A stretch of 48,901 nucleotides of DNA, filler included, from Catajapyx aquilonaris (taxonomy: Eukaryota), in the NCBI GenBank assembly GCA_000934665.2. It is 2 parts of 2 records of this genome, joined end to end, with 100 filler letters (N's around TTAATTAATTAA, not from the genome) between each part and the next. Parts side by side here need not be neighbours in the genome. Positions count along the whole stretch, not along the records: positions 1 to 24,395 come from JYFJ02005515.1; positions 24,496 to 48,901 come from JYFJ02005516.1. One strand, written 5' to 3'. The position numbers and the translations under genes were made by a program. Below, piece by piece: positions 13,101 through 26,623 of the stretch (its first letter is position 1; each line of letters begins with the position of its first letter). The notes beneath the pieces are model-generated. The model did no database searches. It had not been told where the DNA came from and saw nothing but the letters and a program-made list of their open reading frames with translations.

Positions 13101-16100
13101 CCATGCCCTGTTTCCGTACAAGCAACAACAATCAATCATTGGTGATATTATGAAACTATGGATATTGCTGAATGTCACTGTTGCAATGGTAATGTAATCA
13201 AAAACTATTATAGCCATACAGGTTACATTTTCCCAGCCTTCCATAACGATAGGGAACGGCCATTTTCTCGCAAACAAGCATTCAGAAAAATGTTTTTTCT
13301 TTTTTTTTACGTTACCCCGTGATAAGGCGAAAAATGTTATATCTCAATTTTTGTGTTTTGGAAACTACTATTACTGGTAGCCTACTACTACTACCACTAC
13401 TACTACTACTACTACTACTGTGAAGTTTGGATCCAAAATGGACTCCCAAGTCATGAGTTGTAACATCCAAACCTCTGCAAGTCGTTGTCGAGTTGTAACG
13501 TAGGCAAGGTTACCTGCCGTGTCTCCACTTGAAAGCGGCGGGTTAGGTAACTGTCTAGTCGACCAATGAGTTGAGACCATAGACCTTTCTCCCATACACA
13601 ATCATGGTTTTTAATTGACCCTATTGTAACCCATTACAATGACTTATTAACTAATAGCATGTCCCAAAAACGGACGGACAACACTTAAAACATGACCCTT
13701 CAACAATGCCAACTGGCTGGGCTCTGCAGGACTACACCCATGACCACTCTGCCCATCCGTCAGTAACTCACGGCCATAATTCAAAGGGCTGAACTTCAGG
13801 AGATGGTCACTCTGGCTTCGTGACTTCTTCCAGACGTCCTGGCTGAATGGCTGGTTGACTTCCTGGCTACTTCTGGTATGCAGGTGGCCTAGTTGTACGT
13901 CCAGTCACTCCCACTCTGCGTCGGGATACTTTGGCTGTCCAAAATATAGTTCTCTTCTCCTTTTTGGGGCTTTGTCGGCTTCCCCTTTTATATCCATCCA
14001 GGCTGGCCAGTTATCAGCGGTCAGCCTTGGTCATTGTGTCCAAAAATTCCATAATTTCCCAAGTTTAGCGGTAGTTTAGATTCCATTGTTAATCCGCCCC
14101 TCGCCGCACAATGGTCCTTGATAGTCTTGTATCATCTTCTTCTGTTTTTCGGGGGTTAATTGTCTTCTTTAATGGGCCTGTTGTTCCATCCTCGGACGTC
14201 ACATGGTCAGTCCCCTTCCGTAGTTTTGAAATTCCTCCTCATATCTGCGTGTCGGTGACAAGTTTTGCATTCCTAGAGTATTTCTTCACTCCTTGCTGGA
14301 TTGCGTCTTCTTGACCTTTAATCCCACCTTCACACTACTACTACTACTAATAATAATAATAGGTTTTTGGAATTTAACAGTTGCTGATTCCTCTTCCAGG
14401 GGGGTTGGGGACACTTGATTTCTCAAAGTACCGCGTTGCATAGTGTAATATTTAAATTTAATATTGAGTGTTTGTCGTCTGAGATGGGCAGGGGTGGGGG
14501 GTGGGACGGGTTGTTTATAGGTTTATTTTTACAAGTTTTAATTTATTTCATATTTTGGGTTAGCTTGTGGCTCCCGTCATCGCTGACTACCCCTTATAGG
14601 GAAATGTCGTGATGGTGATGGTGATGATCATTATGATGGAAACTAATATGAACTTAGAAACAAAAAAAGTTCGACAATTCAACAAAAACTTTTCCCAGCA
14701 TATCTGGGTTAAGTACTTCAGAGCACAAGTGCCAGACCCCAATATTTCCACATACAGTATGTTCCATTTATCCTCAGCTCCCTGTTCCAAGCTTTTTGTT
14801 ATGAATCAGGATCATGGTACAGTGGTGGAAATTAATGGACAACCACAAGTGTCACCTCCTGGCGGAGTTTTGCCTCTACACGAAGCTGCTTCATGTAGAG
14901 GAAAAACTCAGCCAGGAGGTGACACTAGCGCTTCTCCATTAATTTCCACCACTGTACCCACAAACGTCGAGATCGGAAGCCACTGCAGGATATCTTTCGA
15001 GCCGCCCCAAAATTGTGTTCACATACCCCCAGGGGTACGCATACCACAATATGAAAACCACTGGTCTCAGACAATCGCAGGAAACCTAAATTGATACCAT
15101 AAACATGGCACTTAAATGGTGCATAAAAGTGCTTGATGTTTTTCAAGTGATACAGGGTCTACATGTAAGCCTACAATTACGAGGGTTGGATTTTAAATAG
15201 TGGCAACCCTGTACCCCTTGAACACAGAAACGGGGTTGTGGCTTGAGTGATATGCAAACGTGACGTTTACAAAGAAAATATTATTTATTTATTTATTTAT
15301 TTTTGCTACCCTGTGATAGAGCCTGTGGCTCTCTTGGGGGGCGGGGGTGGGGGGGGGGGACACCACCATATTTTCTTAGTTATTTTTCTATTTTTCTTCA
15401 TACTCTGGTGCAGGGAAATCAAGGACAATGGGTAAGGATATGGATTTTTTTGTGAGGGAACGTAGGTGCACATGCAATGTCGTTAAACAGGTCGTGTGCT
15501 GTTCCCCAGGAGGTTAGGTTGTGAGACACCTCCAAGGCACGGGTCAGAGACCCTCCTGACGCAGGCAAAAGGGAGTTCCCAGGCAGGGATCAAACCTGGG
15601 ATCTTTCACCCAGCAAGCCAAGACGTTACCATCTCAGCCACAGCACCTCCCCCATATAAATTATATGTAGATTAATGGAAACTGATCAGTAGAGGAAAAG
15701 TCACAGAAAGAAACCTATTTCAGATCAGAAGCTTACTGGTTCTCCTTAATCTTTTTCTTTCAAATTGTAGTGTATTACCTCACTTGAAGTGGCATGCCAG
15801 TGTATAGTCGAGGTCGACCAGTTTTTAGAAATGCAGGATCTGGTGGCTATACCGGCATGCCGGTCTAAGCAAGGTATGCCGGTATAAGGTGAGGTTTTCA
15901 AAGGCACAGCATTATCACGATCTCTGAAAATTATTATTACTCAAATGAATGCATTACACCATGTTCTACGGTGCGGATACAGCCCAGGACACTTCTATCG
16001 CCTGACACATCCCATAAGACCGTTCGTTAAGTTCAAATCTCACGGCAACATTATTTTTCAATTAAAAGTACAAGGCTGCAAGAAGGGAAGCATACCTACC

Positions 16101-18451
16101 AGGATATTTCATATTATGCTGGGTTTGGATTTTATTATCTGAGACAAATTCTCAGACAAATTGATACCACTACACAAAGTGATCCTCTGATTTCCAACGA
16201 GATCTGTGACCATCGACCTATTGAGCAAAGCAGAGGACTGAAGGAATATGCCTTGGTCCTTTGTAATACTATTTAGGGTTTTTTTTTCTCTCAGAGCAGG
16301 CTGACCTGCTAGCTGATCCTCTAGCTTACTGGATTGGTCACACTCTATGCATATTCTCACAGCCCTATACACGGGCTATACTCGCACATTTTTCACCATA
16401 ACATTATTTTAGTACAGTATCAGACGCATTCAAAAGAATTTGGCAAGGATCAAAATTATGGAAATCCACCTTGGTTATTGCGGAATGCTGGCCACCCACG
16501 GGTTATACCAGCATGCTGGTCGACCTCGCTTTATACTGCCATGCCGCTTTAAGTGAGGTCATACGGTAATAAAATGGCAACATTTTAAACTTAACTAAAA
16601 AGGTCTGCAAAATGTCACCCATGAATAATATAGTTTTAATTGTGAATTGTTATTTTCATTTGCACTCATGAACACATTGAAAAAAGATTGGTAGAATGTT
16701 TCCATCATGTCACATTCAAGATATTAAAAAGAAATATAATTAACATTTAACAAGGGGGGGGGGTTCAAGGTCACACGAGCTTAGGTGAATGTAACTGACT
16801 GGGAGATTTGAATGGGTGCGTATTTGATGAAATTGGTAGCACTTTTTTCATGGAAGTGAAATTACACAGTAACATTGGACTTGACAAAATTATGATATTT
16901 TTTGTGCACCATTATGGTACAGTACATGGTACAGGAATTATAGAGTTTTGTGTACATACTGTAAATGTGGATATAACTATTCTAGTTTTTGTGGCAACTC
17001 ACACCTCTGTCTACCCACAGTTTAAGAACCCCTGCCTTAGCGGCTGTCCAAAGAAAATATGAAACAGTGAGAACAGTATCATGTAGTTGACATAGGGCGA
17101 AAGGGCATCACTTTGGCCTGTTTCGTGAGAATTACCCACTTATGTCATGTGACGGGGGTGCGCGAAATATTACTTCCCTTATGTATTGGGTGACCACCAT
17201 ATGCACCCATCGTGACCCTTGTGTATGAACCGATCAAACCATTGGCACATGCGCATCATTTCTTACATTTAAACACATGTTTTTATGCGGATGTTATCAC
17301 TGACCCATACGTTTCATACGAGTTACTCCGCAAAACCTCGCGAACTGGGGGGTGCATGTAAACCAAGGGATTTGGGTAAGATATAAAAGTGAGACCCTGC
17401 TAGCCCAAGTTTCGGAATACCACCTATTGAGATTTTTCGGACATTTTCTGCATTTGACAGGTACAGAGTCTGAAAATGTGAAAATAGATCATCCACTTTT
17501 TTTCAATTCTTGGCCATACACAGTTGAGGGGGCCAAAATCCAGGATACTATTAACTAAAAGTTCTCCAATATGATTTGCTTACTGGATAATCGATAAATA
17601 ATCAAACAGGGTTCATTTCTTCATGGACCACCCTGTATATCAAAATAAATGCAGGAAAAATAAGTAAAATGCACAAGGAGCAATGGTGATTGAGTATACT
17701 AGTGGACCTAACCATTTCCATAAATTATTCGTGAAGGTGGATATGCTCTGTAGCAGATTCACCTACAACAAGATGTGACAATGTACCTGTAAAATAGTGA
17801 CCCCCCCACCCACCCACCCCCCACAGTGCAATACATTCTCTAGCTGTAATACCTTTTGAATTCGCCCAGGCGTTCCTGTAGTCTGCCTTCGACTAGCTTC
17901 CGAGTGTCATTCAGGAAGATGAGGCGTATCAGAATGCAACCTTCTTCCATCTGCAGTTCTTCTCCAGATACACCCCCTAGGTCACCCTCCACCTGTGGCT
18001 CTGTTTCTCTAGGAACCCTCCTCCTACAGCCACCCCTTTCCACGCAGTCCTCCAATGCTACATCCTCATCTTGAGGGTTCTCACTGTCCCCTTCACCTTC
18101 CACACCATCCTCGACTTGCTCCATGTCCTCACTTGTTGTATTATTGCCATTTTTCTCCATAATATTCTCTATTGGCTGCTCAGTCTCTGGTGGATCATCC
18201 GGTCGTTCTGCACCACCTTCGCTCCCACCCCCTCCAGCTTGTTGCGAGAGCATTTGCGGATGAAGTCCTGTGCTGAAGTCAGTGGACAGGCCATGGGCTT
18301 CAACCGAACTCTCGAGCACCACCACAGCACGAATCAGGGGCCGCTCTTGAACGTTAGTTGATTGCCACGCAACAGCCACCAGCACTAATAGCAGGATTAC
18401 CCCAAGAGATATGAACAACCCATCGCCCAGGCCCTCAACAATACTGCTCAT
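10154..18451 (-). CDS. TMUB1: Transmembrane and ubiquitin-like domain-containing protein (TMUB1/2-like), 2 coding exons
   Basis: Exons 18451-17853 and 10529-10154, phase-consistent GT-AG join, 324 aa. N-terminal IVEGLGD plus TM helix ending AWQSTNV, acidic linker, UBL domain IRLIFLNDT..FKRRHF..VRLIFNGQVL..LEHYGLFHNCVLHC, two C-terminal TM helices with WYCHFQYSQYFT. An acceptor near 18471 implies an upstream UTR exon. Confidence 0.9.
10652..10998 (+). mobile_element. tRNA-derived SINE, family A
   Basis: A box TGGCCGTGATGG, B box GGTTCGATGCC, tail GCCTTATCACGGGGT plus A-rich end, TSD AATTAACCA(G/T)CAGT; close copy at 23479. Confidence 0.88.
12585..13008. mobile_element. Tc1/mariner-type MITE
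   Basis: About 110-bp near-perfect TIRs starting CAGGGTGTAT, TA on both sides. Confidence 0.9.
13295..13328 (-). mobile_element. Extremely 5'-truncated retroposed tail (SINE/LINE 3' end)
   Basis: GCCTTATCACGGGGTAACGT plus poly(A) on the minus strand, flanked by 10-bp TSD GAAAAATGTT. Confidence 0.8.
13382..13419. repeat. (CTA)n microsatellite
   Basis: Directly visible. Confidence 0.9.
15290..15653 (-). mobile_element. tRNA-derived SINE, family A (diverged)
   Basis: Reverse complement begins GGGGGAGGTGCTGTGGCTGAGATGGTAACGTC with B-box-like GGTTTGATCCC; body matches the 10652 copy. Confidence 0.82.
15770..16566. mobile_element. Non-autonomous DNA transposon with about 50-bp imperfect TIRs
   Basis: ACCTCACTTGAAGTGGCATG..CGAGGTCGACCAG is inverted at 16516-16566; TA at both ends. 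Confidence 0.7.
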
Positions 18452-18583
18452 GCCGTAATATCATGTGTTCCTGAAAATAAAAACGTGGGATAGATATAAA
18501 TCTTGCAAGAGAGCAACTGTGCATAGAACTCAGAACAATATATCACGAAGTACACTTATTTACAATGAACGTTCAACAAAGTT

Positions 18584-18862
18584 GGCGACACGGTGGCCGA
18601 GTGGTTAGCGCCGCAGCCTTCCACCTCTAAGGTCCCGAGTTCGATCCCCGGACCGGACAGAGGATACTTATGTGGATAGAGTTTCGATGGGTTCTCTCCA
18701 TGTTCGCGTGGGTTTTCTCGGGGTTCTCCCGTTTCCTCCTATCATCAAAATCCATCACATTACAGGCAAATGATTAAAGTCGGTCTATTAAAAGATGATC
18801 CCCTAAAAAGCCCACGGAGGCTTATCACGGGGTATCCATTATTTTATTATTATTATGAATTT
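18584..18862 (+). mobile_element. tRNA-derived SINE, family B
   Basis: A box TGGCCGAGTGG, B box GAGTTCGATCCC, central CGTGGGTTTTCTCGGG motif, tail GGCTTATCACGGGGT, perfect 19-bp TSD ATGAACGTTCAACAAAGTT. Confidence 0.9.
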
Positions 18863-19257
18863 ATGAACGTTCAACAAAGTTATTGCTTGTGTGCAAAGAA
18901 ATTGACCAACAACAATCATATTGAATAGCCAAATTGTAGCCTACTTCCAGCAATGCATGACACATATGCAACATACATTTGCTTATAACATTGTAGTAGA
19001 AATAGTGTTCTGAAGTAATTACACTACAATAGGGCATCAACTTGGCATAGTGGTTTATGCCACAGCAATACCACCTCTTTGGTCCTAAGTACACTGCCCA
19101 TGTCAAGCAGAGGATTTTCTCATGTGAGAATGCATTCTTTCCATTTTTGTGTGAGCTTTCTCAGGGTTCTGCCATTTTCTCCCATTTTCAATAGCCATCA
19201 TCTCTGTGGCATAGTGAATGAAACTGAGCAAACTCAAGATGATACCTTAATCCTTAA

Positions 19258-19821
19258 CCTGTTGAGGGCGACGACCATCATATGATGGTCTGCGGATGTT
19301 TGAATATGGCGCACTAAAATATGCACAGACAATTCGAACTTTGCGGTTCCAAATTCGGTTCAATTATACTCCTGGCATCTCTTGGATGGTGACTAAACTA
19401 CCATGACATCCCCCACAATGCACTGGGTGGGAGCCAAGCCGAGTGGAACATGCCAAGGACACGCGGCTGCCACGTCATCTTTCATGTAAACAAATGCCCT
19501 GAGTACAGCGTGTCGTGTAAAGTTGGACCCTTAGGAGTTTCTCATATAGTACAATGTTGTAGTAATATTATGCAACCATAATAACAGTGTATAGTGACTA
19601 TGTAAACTCAGTAGGCCTATCGACGTTCTGATAGCCAGACGATCCTTAAAACATTTCTGGGACGCCCTGTAGATGAATTTTTTCCATCATTTTACATTCA
19701 AAAGGACCACCATGAATTAAAATTATTAATTTTGGCACGAAGTTGTTACTCATTAATATCACTTCTACATCGAATAAATAAATAAATAAAATAACAACAA
19801 AAAAACCTAGCCCTCAACAGG
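19258..19821. mobile_element. piggyBac-type MITE, possibly with a nested Tc1-like element (about 19505-19669)
   Basis: TTAA-CCTGTTGAGGGC ... GCCCTCAACAGG-TTAA. Confidence 0.75.
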
Positions 19822-19916
19822 TTAAAATACCACCAAAAGAATACCAGCTTGCCTGAAATTGGACTTTTTTTTAAAGTTACAACTCAGTCACTTGCGACAG
19901 GTGCCATGACCTTTTA

Positions 19917-20044
19917 CAGTTGAATCCGGATATAACAGCCTCGAAAGGCCGGTCCCGGCATACTTTCATATATGGCTTGTGTATTCGGTTATAACATACT
20001 GATTTCCACGGTCCCTTGAAGTCTGTTATATCCATATTCAACTG
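19917..20044. mobile_element. Short pogo/Tigger-like MITE
   Basis: TIR CAGTTGAATCCGGATATAACAG matches its inverted partner at 20 of 22 positions. Confidence 0.65.
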
Positions 20045-20388
20045 TTATATATTCCTTGACCTTGAAGTTGACTGCAACATGAAATTTTCAACATTTTCTT
20101 TCCAGCCTTGCAAAAAGGGAACCAAACTGAAAGTGAAAATATCACGGAAACTACTTCATTAGTATCCGAGATGTACCAACTACTTGCCTGCATTATTTCA
20201 TAAATTTAGCCTAAGGGACAAATCTTGCATTATGTCATTGTCATTAAAATTTGACTTTGTCCTAATCAGGACCAAACTGAAACATTGGTAACAAAGGTCA
20301 AATGCTTGCCTGCAAGAGTCTCATCCTCCTCTCTCCCCTACTTCAGTACATTGAATACAAATAACAAGGTTTGTGCAATATACCCCTG

Positions 20389-20420
<32 letters not shown>

Positions 20421-21266
20421 CACATCATTGCTGATTGTCCGTTCACTTTCTATAGTAATTATGTTCTTCAGGGTACAGATGGAATGTTTGCCAATACATA
20501 TTGTCCCAAGGCCAATCAGCAGTATGGGAAGGGCAACTCTACAGAGATGTAGCAAAAAAAATCATTCACATGATTAGGAAACATGGGATTTTGAAGACTA
20601 TCTTGCATTCTGCAGTCTAGTTTTATGCAAAACAATTATTGAGCCCAACAGCACCAGTTCAGAGTGAATGTTAATTCATGCTGATCATTGGATAATTTGA
20701 GGACAGCATACGGAAAAAAGACGTCTCAAGTTGTGTTTTTTTTTTACATTGTGTAAAGTAAATACAATTTTGCCCTTTGGCATGAGAGCTCTTTTCCCCA
20801 GTGACCTCTGCATACCAGCTATGTAGATAATATTTAATATTATAACCTGACACCTCATTCACATGGGAGGTTTTTTTCCACTCCGACTTAATGTCTGAAT
20901 ATCCCAGATGGTCAAAAGTTTTGCTGACGGGAATATCCCAGCATGTTATTTTCAGCCTATGTGAGCCATGTTAGTTATATTGCGATGGCAATATAGCTGG
21001 TACTCTGCGGTCGATTTCTCTTTGCCTAGGCATGTAGGTGCCTGGGGCCAAACGTGTTAAGCTACACAATGCAACATATTTCAATGAAATTGTGATGCAC
21101 CCAGCTAATGATTTTGCATATGCACAACACAATTCTCCTTTCCAACTTGTCCCATGTCAATCATAAGATCATTTTCAACAAGCTGTTTCTATCCATGAAA
21201 AGAGGCACCCATTGAAGAAATAGCGGAATTTCCTGGGGTATTCCTGTAACACCTAGGGGTGAACTA

Positions 21267-21527
21267 CATATCGTCGGCCGGCGATCAAAACCTCGTAACT
21301 CCATTTTGCGCGAAAATGGACTTACGTACCTCGTAAGTCCCTTTGCACAACTTTGCAACGGTGTACATGAATTCAACATCATCCTCATGAAAGGTTTATG
21401 TTATGCTATACTGTAGGAATAATTGTCAGCATGAACAGAAAACATGATTTTACAAAATGTTTTTTGTCCCTCCTGCAAAATTTGGTCTTGAGGAGTTACG
21501 AGGTTTTGATCGCCGGCCGACGATATG
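21267..21527. mobile_element. Tc1/mariner-type MITE
   Basis: Perfect 36-bp TIR CATATCGTCGGCCGGCGATCAAAACCTCGTAACTCC, TA on both sides. Confidence 0.85.
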
Positions 21528-22282
21528 TAAAAATCCTCCACTGCAAAACTTCCACCATTCAGGCTTCAGGAGGAATACAGCAGAAAAAAATGGTTTCTCG
21601 TCCTTTTAACTAATTGAAACAAAATAAAGTGGCCAATATCTTAGCATTCCATTCAAAAATCCTCAACATACATCTCATACATGAAACAAAAAAGAGTTGA
21701 ATGCTTGGTAATACAGCATGCCAAATAAAAATGATAACGAGACAAGGTGTTTGGAAGAAAGACTTAAATATGAAGTTGGTTGGGGAGATAAAATGACTTG
21801 GGAAGCACAAAGAAAGTGGTGGAATGAGACCCGGCCCGGCAGGGTGGTTTGGAGCCGAGCTGCCATGTCATGTGGATAAAACCACCACAACAGCGACAAT
21901 GCCTTCAAATATCTGATTTTCCTCATCCAAAACTAAATAATTTCATCCAATTATATTAACCCGGCCTAACCTAACCTTCCAAAATAGATACTAGGAAACA
22001 GATAAGTTAATCTGTAACATCCCAGCCAAAACATTCCAGAAGAAATAATGTAAATAGAAGCGACGTACCTATTCCTATTTATTTAGAGACTAAGCATAAT
22101 AATGAGGACAAAATTACTGCATGAGTTCCAAACAACAAACACTATGACTCCTTCAAAAACATGAAATAACTAAATCGAGACCTTTCCCCTTCACTTTCCT
22201 CCCTCATACACAGGCAACCCCCACCTTACGTAAGTGGTTCATTCTACAATATTATACCAAATGTAAAGTTTTACATAACTCA

Positions 22283-22955
22283 CAAGGGAACGGTCAGGGT
22301 CGAGAACCTCCGATTTGGTTGAAACTGGCTTGAGGGGTCATTCATGTGCGATAGACACAGTGGTGAAAGTGTTAGCTCGCACTGTCCAGCCGTTTCCGAG
22401 ATATGAGCGACAGTAACATCCGAATTTTGGCCGCGCGCATTTGCTGGGAGCCGCTCTGCCAGCTCCAAATCCCTTCTACCTTGATTCCCCCCACTTTTTT
22501 CGATCCCACACCACCATCCCCCACTCCCCCACCAACATTTTCGTTTTCCATAGTTTCTTTGCTCCGGTATTTATTATGAGACCATCAAGCTGCTTTCTTT
22601 CGCTTCTGTCAACTGCGAATAAAGAGCTTCTATACCTAAAATTGGGTAATGGGAAGACTCGTAATAAATACCGGAGCAAAGAAACTATGGAAAACGAAAA
22701 TGTTGGTGGGGGAGTGGGGGATGGTGGTGTGGGATCGAAAAAAGTGGGGGGAATCAAGGTACAAGGGATTTGGAGCTGGCAGAGCGGCTCCCAGCAAATG
22801 CGCGCGGCCAAAATTCGGATGTTACTGTCGCTCATATCTCGGAAACAGCTGGACAGTGCGAGCTAACACTTTCACCACTGTGTCTATCGCACATGAATGA
22901 CCCCTCAAGCCAGTTTCAACCAAATCGGAGGTTCTCGCCCCTGACCGTTCCCTTG
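22283..22955. mobile_element. Foldback element with about 298-bp near-perfect TIRs
   Basis: 22283-22580 is the reverse complement of 22658-22955 with few mismatches (also seen as mirrored ORFs); TCA on both sides. Confidence 0.88.
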
Positions 22956-23478
22956 TCAGTCCCTTTTCTTTAGTATGCAGTTTACTGTACCTCATACATC
23001 AATACTGGAATCACTGTCATGTTCAAATTGATGCCAATACGAGCAAAAAGGGGTTCCTTACAAGGCCCAGAAGAGGTGAAAATGTCTATCATGTGTAGAG
23101 TGAGTGAGGGATTGAGTTCACATGCTGAAATTTAACAGGTTTTCTCGAAATTGGTGGTATTTTACATTAACAGTTCATTCCATAGTTTTTTTTGCATGTC
23201 CAAAATTTGTACACAAGTCCAGATCTACTTAAATTGAGGCTCCATAAGTCTGCCTGTAAATGCAAATAAAAACACTCCTCCCAAACAAGCCATTCACACA
23301 TTGATGTCTTTAGAAGCTGCCACTGAATCCAATTGCCTGGGTTTCTGTCCGTGTGTTCAGTCAACAAAATTCAGAGAATTGCTGACAGTTAAGTGATTAT
23401 TATAACCTTCCTTGTACAGGGCAATGTATCTGCCTCACATGTAATAACAGTTATGCCAAGCTCAATCTTTTTCTTTAT

Positions 23479-23835
23479 GGGGAGGTGTAGATGGCCGAGA
23501 TGGTAACGTCTCGGCTTGCTGAGTGAAAGGCCCCAGGTTCGATCCGCGCCTGGGGAACTTTCCTTTCACCTGCGTCAGGAGGGTCTCTGACCTGCACCAA
23601 GGAGGTGTCTGGCAACCTAACCTCCTGGGGAACAGCACATGACTCCTTTACCGACCTTGCACTTGCACCAATGTTCCCTCCCCAAAAATCCCTATCCCTA
23701 CCCTATATCCTTGACTCCTTGCACCGGTGATGAAGTTAAAGGAAAAATGGAGTGTAATGGTGGTATTCCACCCCCCTAAAAAAAGGCTAAGCCTTATCAC
23801 GGGGTTAATAATAATAATAATAATAAAAATAATAA
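23479..23835 (+). mobile_element. tRNA-derived SINE, family A
   Basis: High similarity to 10652-10998; B box GGTTCGATCC; tail GCCTTATCACGGGGT plus (TAA)n. Confidence 0.88.
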
Positions 23836-24395
23836 AATCTTTATGACCTCCATGAGTATTTTGCTGTCTTGTTTGCTTTTTATATCTAGAGAAACATCTT
23901 GAAGAGATCTCCATCTTCCCAGCTGCCCCTGTGTCTTCCTTAATTTATGTACAGTAATTCCTACAAGCCAATTACTATCCACAATCCTCCCTCTCTGATA
24001 CGCTCTTTTTCTTTAAATGGTGGTCATTCTGGTTTAAAATGAATTTAAAATCACTTTTCAATTTTAATGTGTAAAGGCCTGTTTCCACTGGCATAATTTT
24101 TGTTCTGGACAAAATTTATGCCAGAATAATTTTGTTTCCTTGACTATTTTTGCGTAGCACAAATAAAAACCTGTTCCAACCAAGACAATTTTTTTTATTT
24201 TCACAAAAAGAAACAAAAATGAGCACTCAGAAGGGAGCACCCAAAGTTCAGAATGTATTTTATTTAAACTGAACCCCTGTCCAAAATCCGTTTAGCTTAA
24301 GGGACACTCCACTCAAAATACAAGTTGTGTTCTAAAAATCGGGCATGAAATCCTGATTCCGAGGGTATAAGCAGTTATCCTGAGAGACGAACGGT

Positions 24396-24495
24396 NNNNN
24401 NNNNNNNNNNNNNNNNNNNNNNNNNNNNNNNNNNNNNNNTTAATTAATTAANNNNNNNNNNNNNNNNNNNNNNNNNNNNNNNNNNNNNNNNNNNN
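24396..24495. other. Artificial assembly spacer (N44-TTAATTAATTAA-N44)
   Basis: Exactly 100 bp, symmetric N runs around a palindrome with stops in all six frames. Confidence 0.95.
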
Positions 24496-24525
24496 CTTCA
24501 TAATATTGTTGTATTATATCTGCAG

Positions 24526-24990
24526 GTGACCCGGCTGGTGTCTGAAAAGCAACAGTGTACCGGACATTCAATAAGGTCACTTTTGTCATAGTTCGGCTGA
24601 GGCAACGGTACATTACATTTACTAAGCATGAGCTGGGCCAAGGCATTGAGATTTATTACTACGTAAGACTTCCTGGCTGCTTAGGAGAGGTGGACTGTAT
24701 TCACATTCCGATACAGTCAGTCGGTGAAGAGACAATGCTGAATTGTTTCGTAATAGAAAAGGGTATTTTTCTATAAATGTGCAAACAATTTTGGATGTGA
24801 GCCTGGCCTGTCAATCATGCACATTGTAGCATCGGTGCCATTCATGACAGTACCATATTTGACTCGTCATCCATTCGAGCCAAGTTCGAGGCACAAGAAC
24901 TAGGGACTGCGTATCTGCTGAGAGATGGAAGATATCCGTTATGTTATGACTCCATTAACGGATCCACGTGGGAAGTATGAAAAAAGGTTA
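24526..24990 (+). pseudogene. Degenerate PIF/Harbinger (HARBI1-like) DDE transposase
   Basis: Frameshifted translation GDPAGV*KATVYRT..LPGCLGEVDCIHIPIQS..SINVQTI..HDSTIFDSSSIRAKFE..RYVMTPLTDPR fits the Harbinger transposase core. Confidence 0.85.
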
Positions 24991-26384
24991 CTTGTTCATG
25001 TTATGCAATGTAACAAAAAAATCATTTCCTCAGCTATAATAGTCTGCACCAAAAGGGTCGCACAACTGTGGAGCGACAGTATGGTGTGTGGGAACCATAT
25101 TTTCATGGGCAGCTTCTGTACCAGTATGGTGTGTGGAAGCCCTTTTTCTCCGGTCGTGTCCTCTGGGCACAAATTTATGATACTGCCCCCAACTATGTAC
25201 GCACCACGTCCGGAGCATCATTTGTACAGCTCCGGGTGGACAACAGACTGAACATGGACAAGGGCTTAGGGTGATTCCAACGTGTTGGTGGGAACCGGGG
25301 TCATGGTGCGCCAAGAAGAGGCCTTACCAGAAAAAGAGTGCTGGAGGACCACCTGCACAGATGAATGACTGAGACTTGAAATTCTGAATGAGGAGCTAGC
25401 CAAGGCATTTAAAAAAAATAAATGTGCCGTATTTCTATGAGTGATGATAATATTAGCTAAATGAATAATTATTCAAAATATTTGCAGGAAAATTATCAGG
25501 TAGTTCATTCAGTGCAGACTCAACAGTAGCAAAGATTCTTCAGTGTATCATAACAATTGGAATTTTAATTTTGAATTTACCAATCACCACATTTCAACTG
25601 GTGTATTCTTGATTAGGGGGATAGCTCATAAAATTTAGCATGCATTTCTCTCAATTATTCATTCTGAGTGAGTGGGTAAAGGAAAATATTCTCAACCAGT
25701 TATTATACTCAGGATTGATCAGGATCCTGAACAAAGAGTTTTTCATTTTATAGCTGTCACACCAGATAATAATGCCTCCATAAGCCTCACATATTGAATG
25801 ATGTAATATAAAATTTATATCTCTTCATCAACTCGATAGCCATCCAAGAACTGGGAAAAAATTCAGAAGTTGATGGAACTAAAAATTCAGAAGTTGATGG
25901 AACTGACACTTCCTGAAAGGAAGCTTCTGGCAGAATCGAAGGAGTTGTCCCGAGCTGAAGTTTTCAAAACACTGACAACTGAATATGAACATTTCATGAA
26001 ATCACCGGCTGCGGTAAGACAATAGTAAATTTTATAAATGCATGTGCGAACTGCCTGTTTGACCCAATCGGACTTCTAAACCCTCCAGGGTCATTTCCCA
26101 TCATCCTTTGGGGGTGCTCTCGCTGTCTCAGGTTTCCCATCGGCCTTTGGGCCTTCCTGACTATATAAGGCGGGACTGAGACTGATTCGGGGTCTTTCGG
26201 TGTGTCCTTGCAGGACACACCGGGGTCCACTCTTTTTCCGTTCACCACTTCTTCCTCCGTCATAACCTTACGACTGTTCATTGTTGACGTTACAATAAAG
26301 CATGATGTGAGTACAAGTCACCCACGTGTTGTTTGTCGCCGCTTAAGTGCGGTCACACATGTGTATGTCGTTATTTTTCATTAA

Positions 26385-26623
26385 AGGCCGCTTCACAAAC
26401 TCGGCGTTGCGAAAGCGGGGCGAAATGCCCGTTTTACAAACCCGGATTTGCGCGAGTGGGGCGTGCGGAGAGCGGAAAATTTGCGAAGGGTTATTCACAA
26501 ATGCTGCGTGCGATGACCGAGCGCGGGCGTTGCGCCGGCGTCCAATCGGGTGGACTTTCTGCGTGCGATGAGCGGAAGGCCCACACGCCACGCTTTCGCA
26601 ACGCCGAGTTTGTGAAGCGGCCT
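26385..26623. mobile_element. PIF/Harbinger (Tourist-like) MITE
   Basis: Perfect 33-bp TIR AGGCCGCTTCACAAACTCGGCGTTGCGAAAGCG, TAA TSD. Confidence 0.88.

Noticed and set aside
22280..22973. Mirrored ORFs of 62-141 aa
   Set aside because: By-products of the inverted repeat with no recognisable domain.
25857..25904. 24-bp tandem duplication
   Set aside because: Simple two-copy slippage with no further structure.
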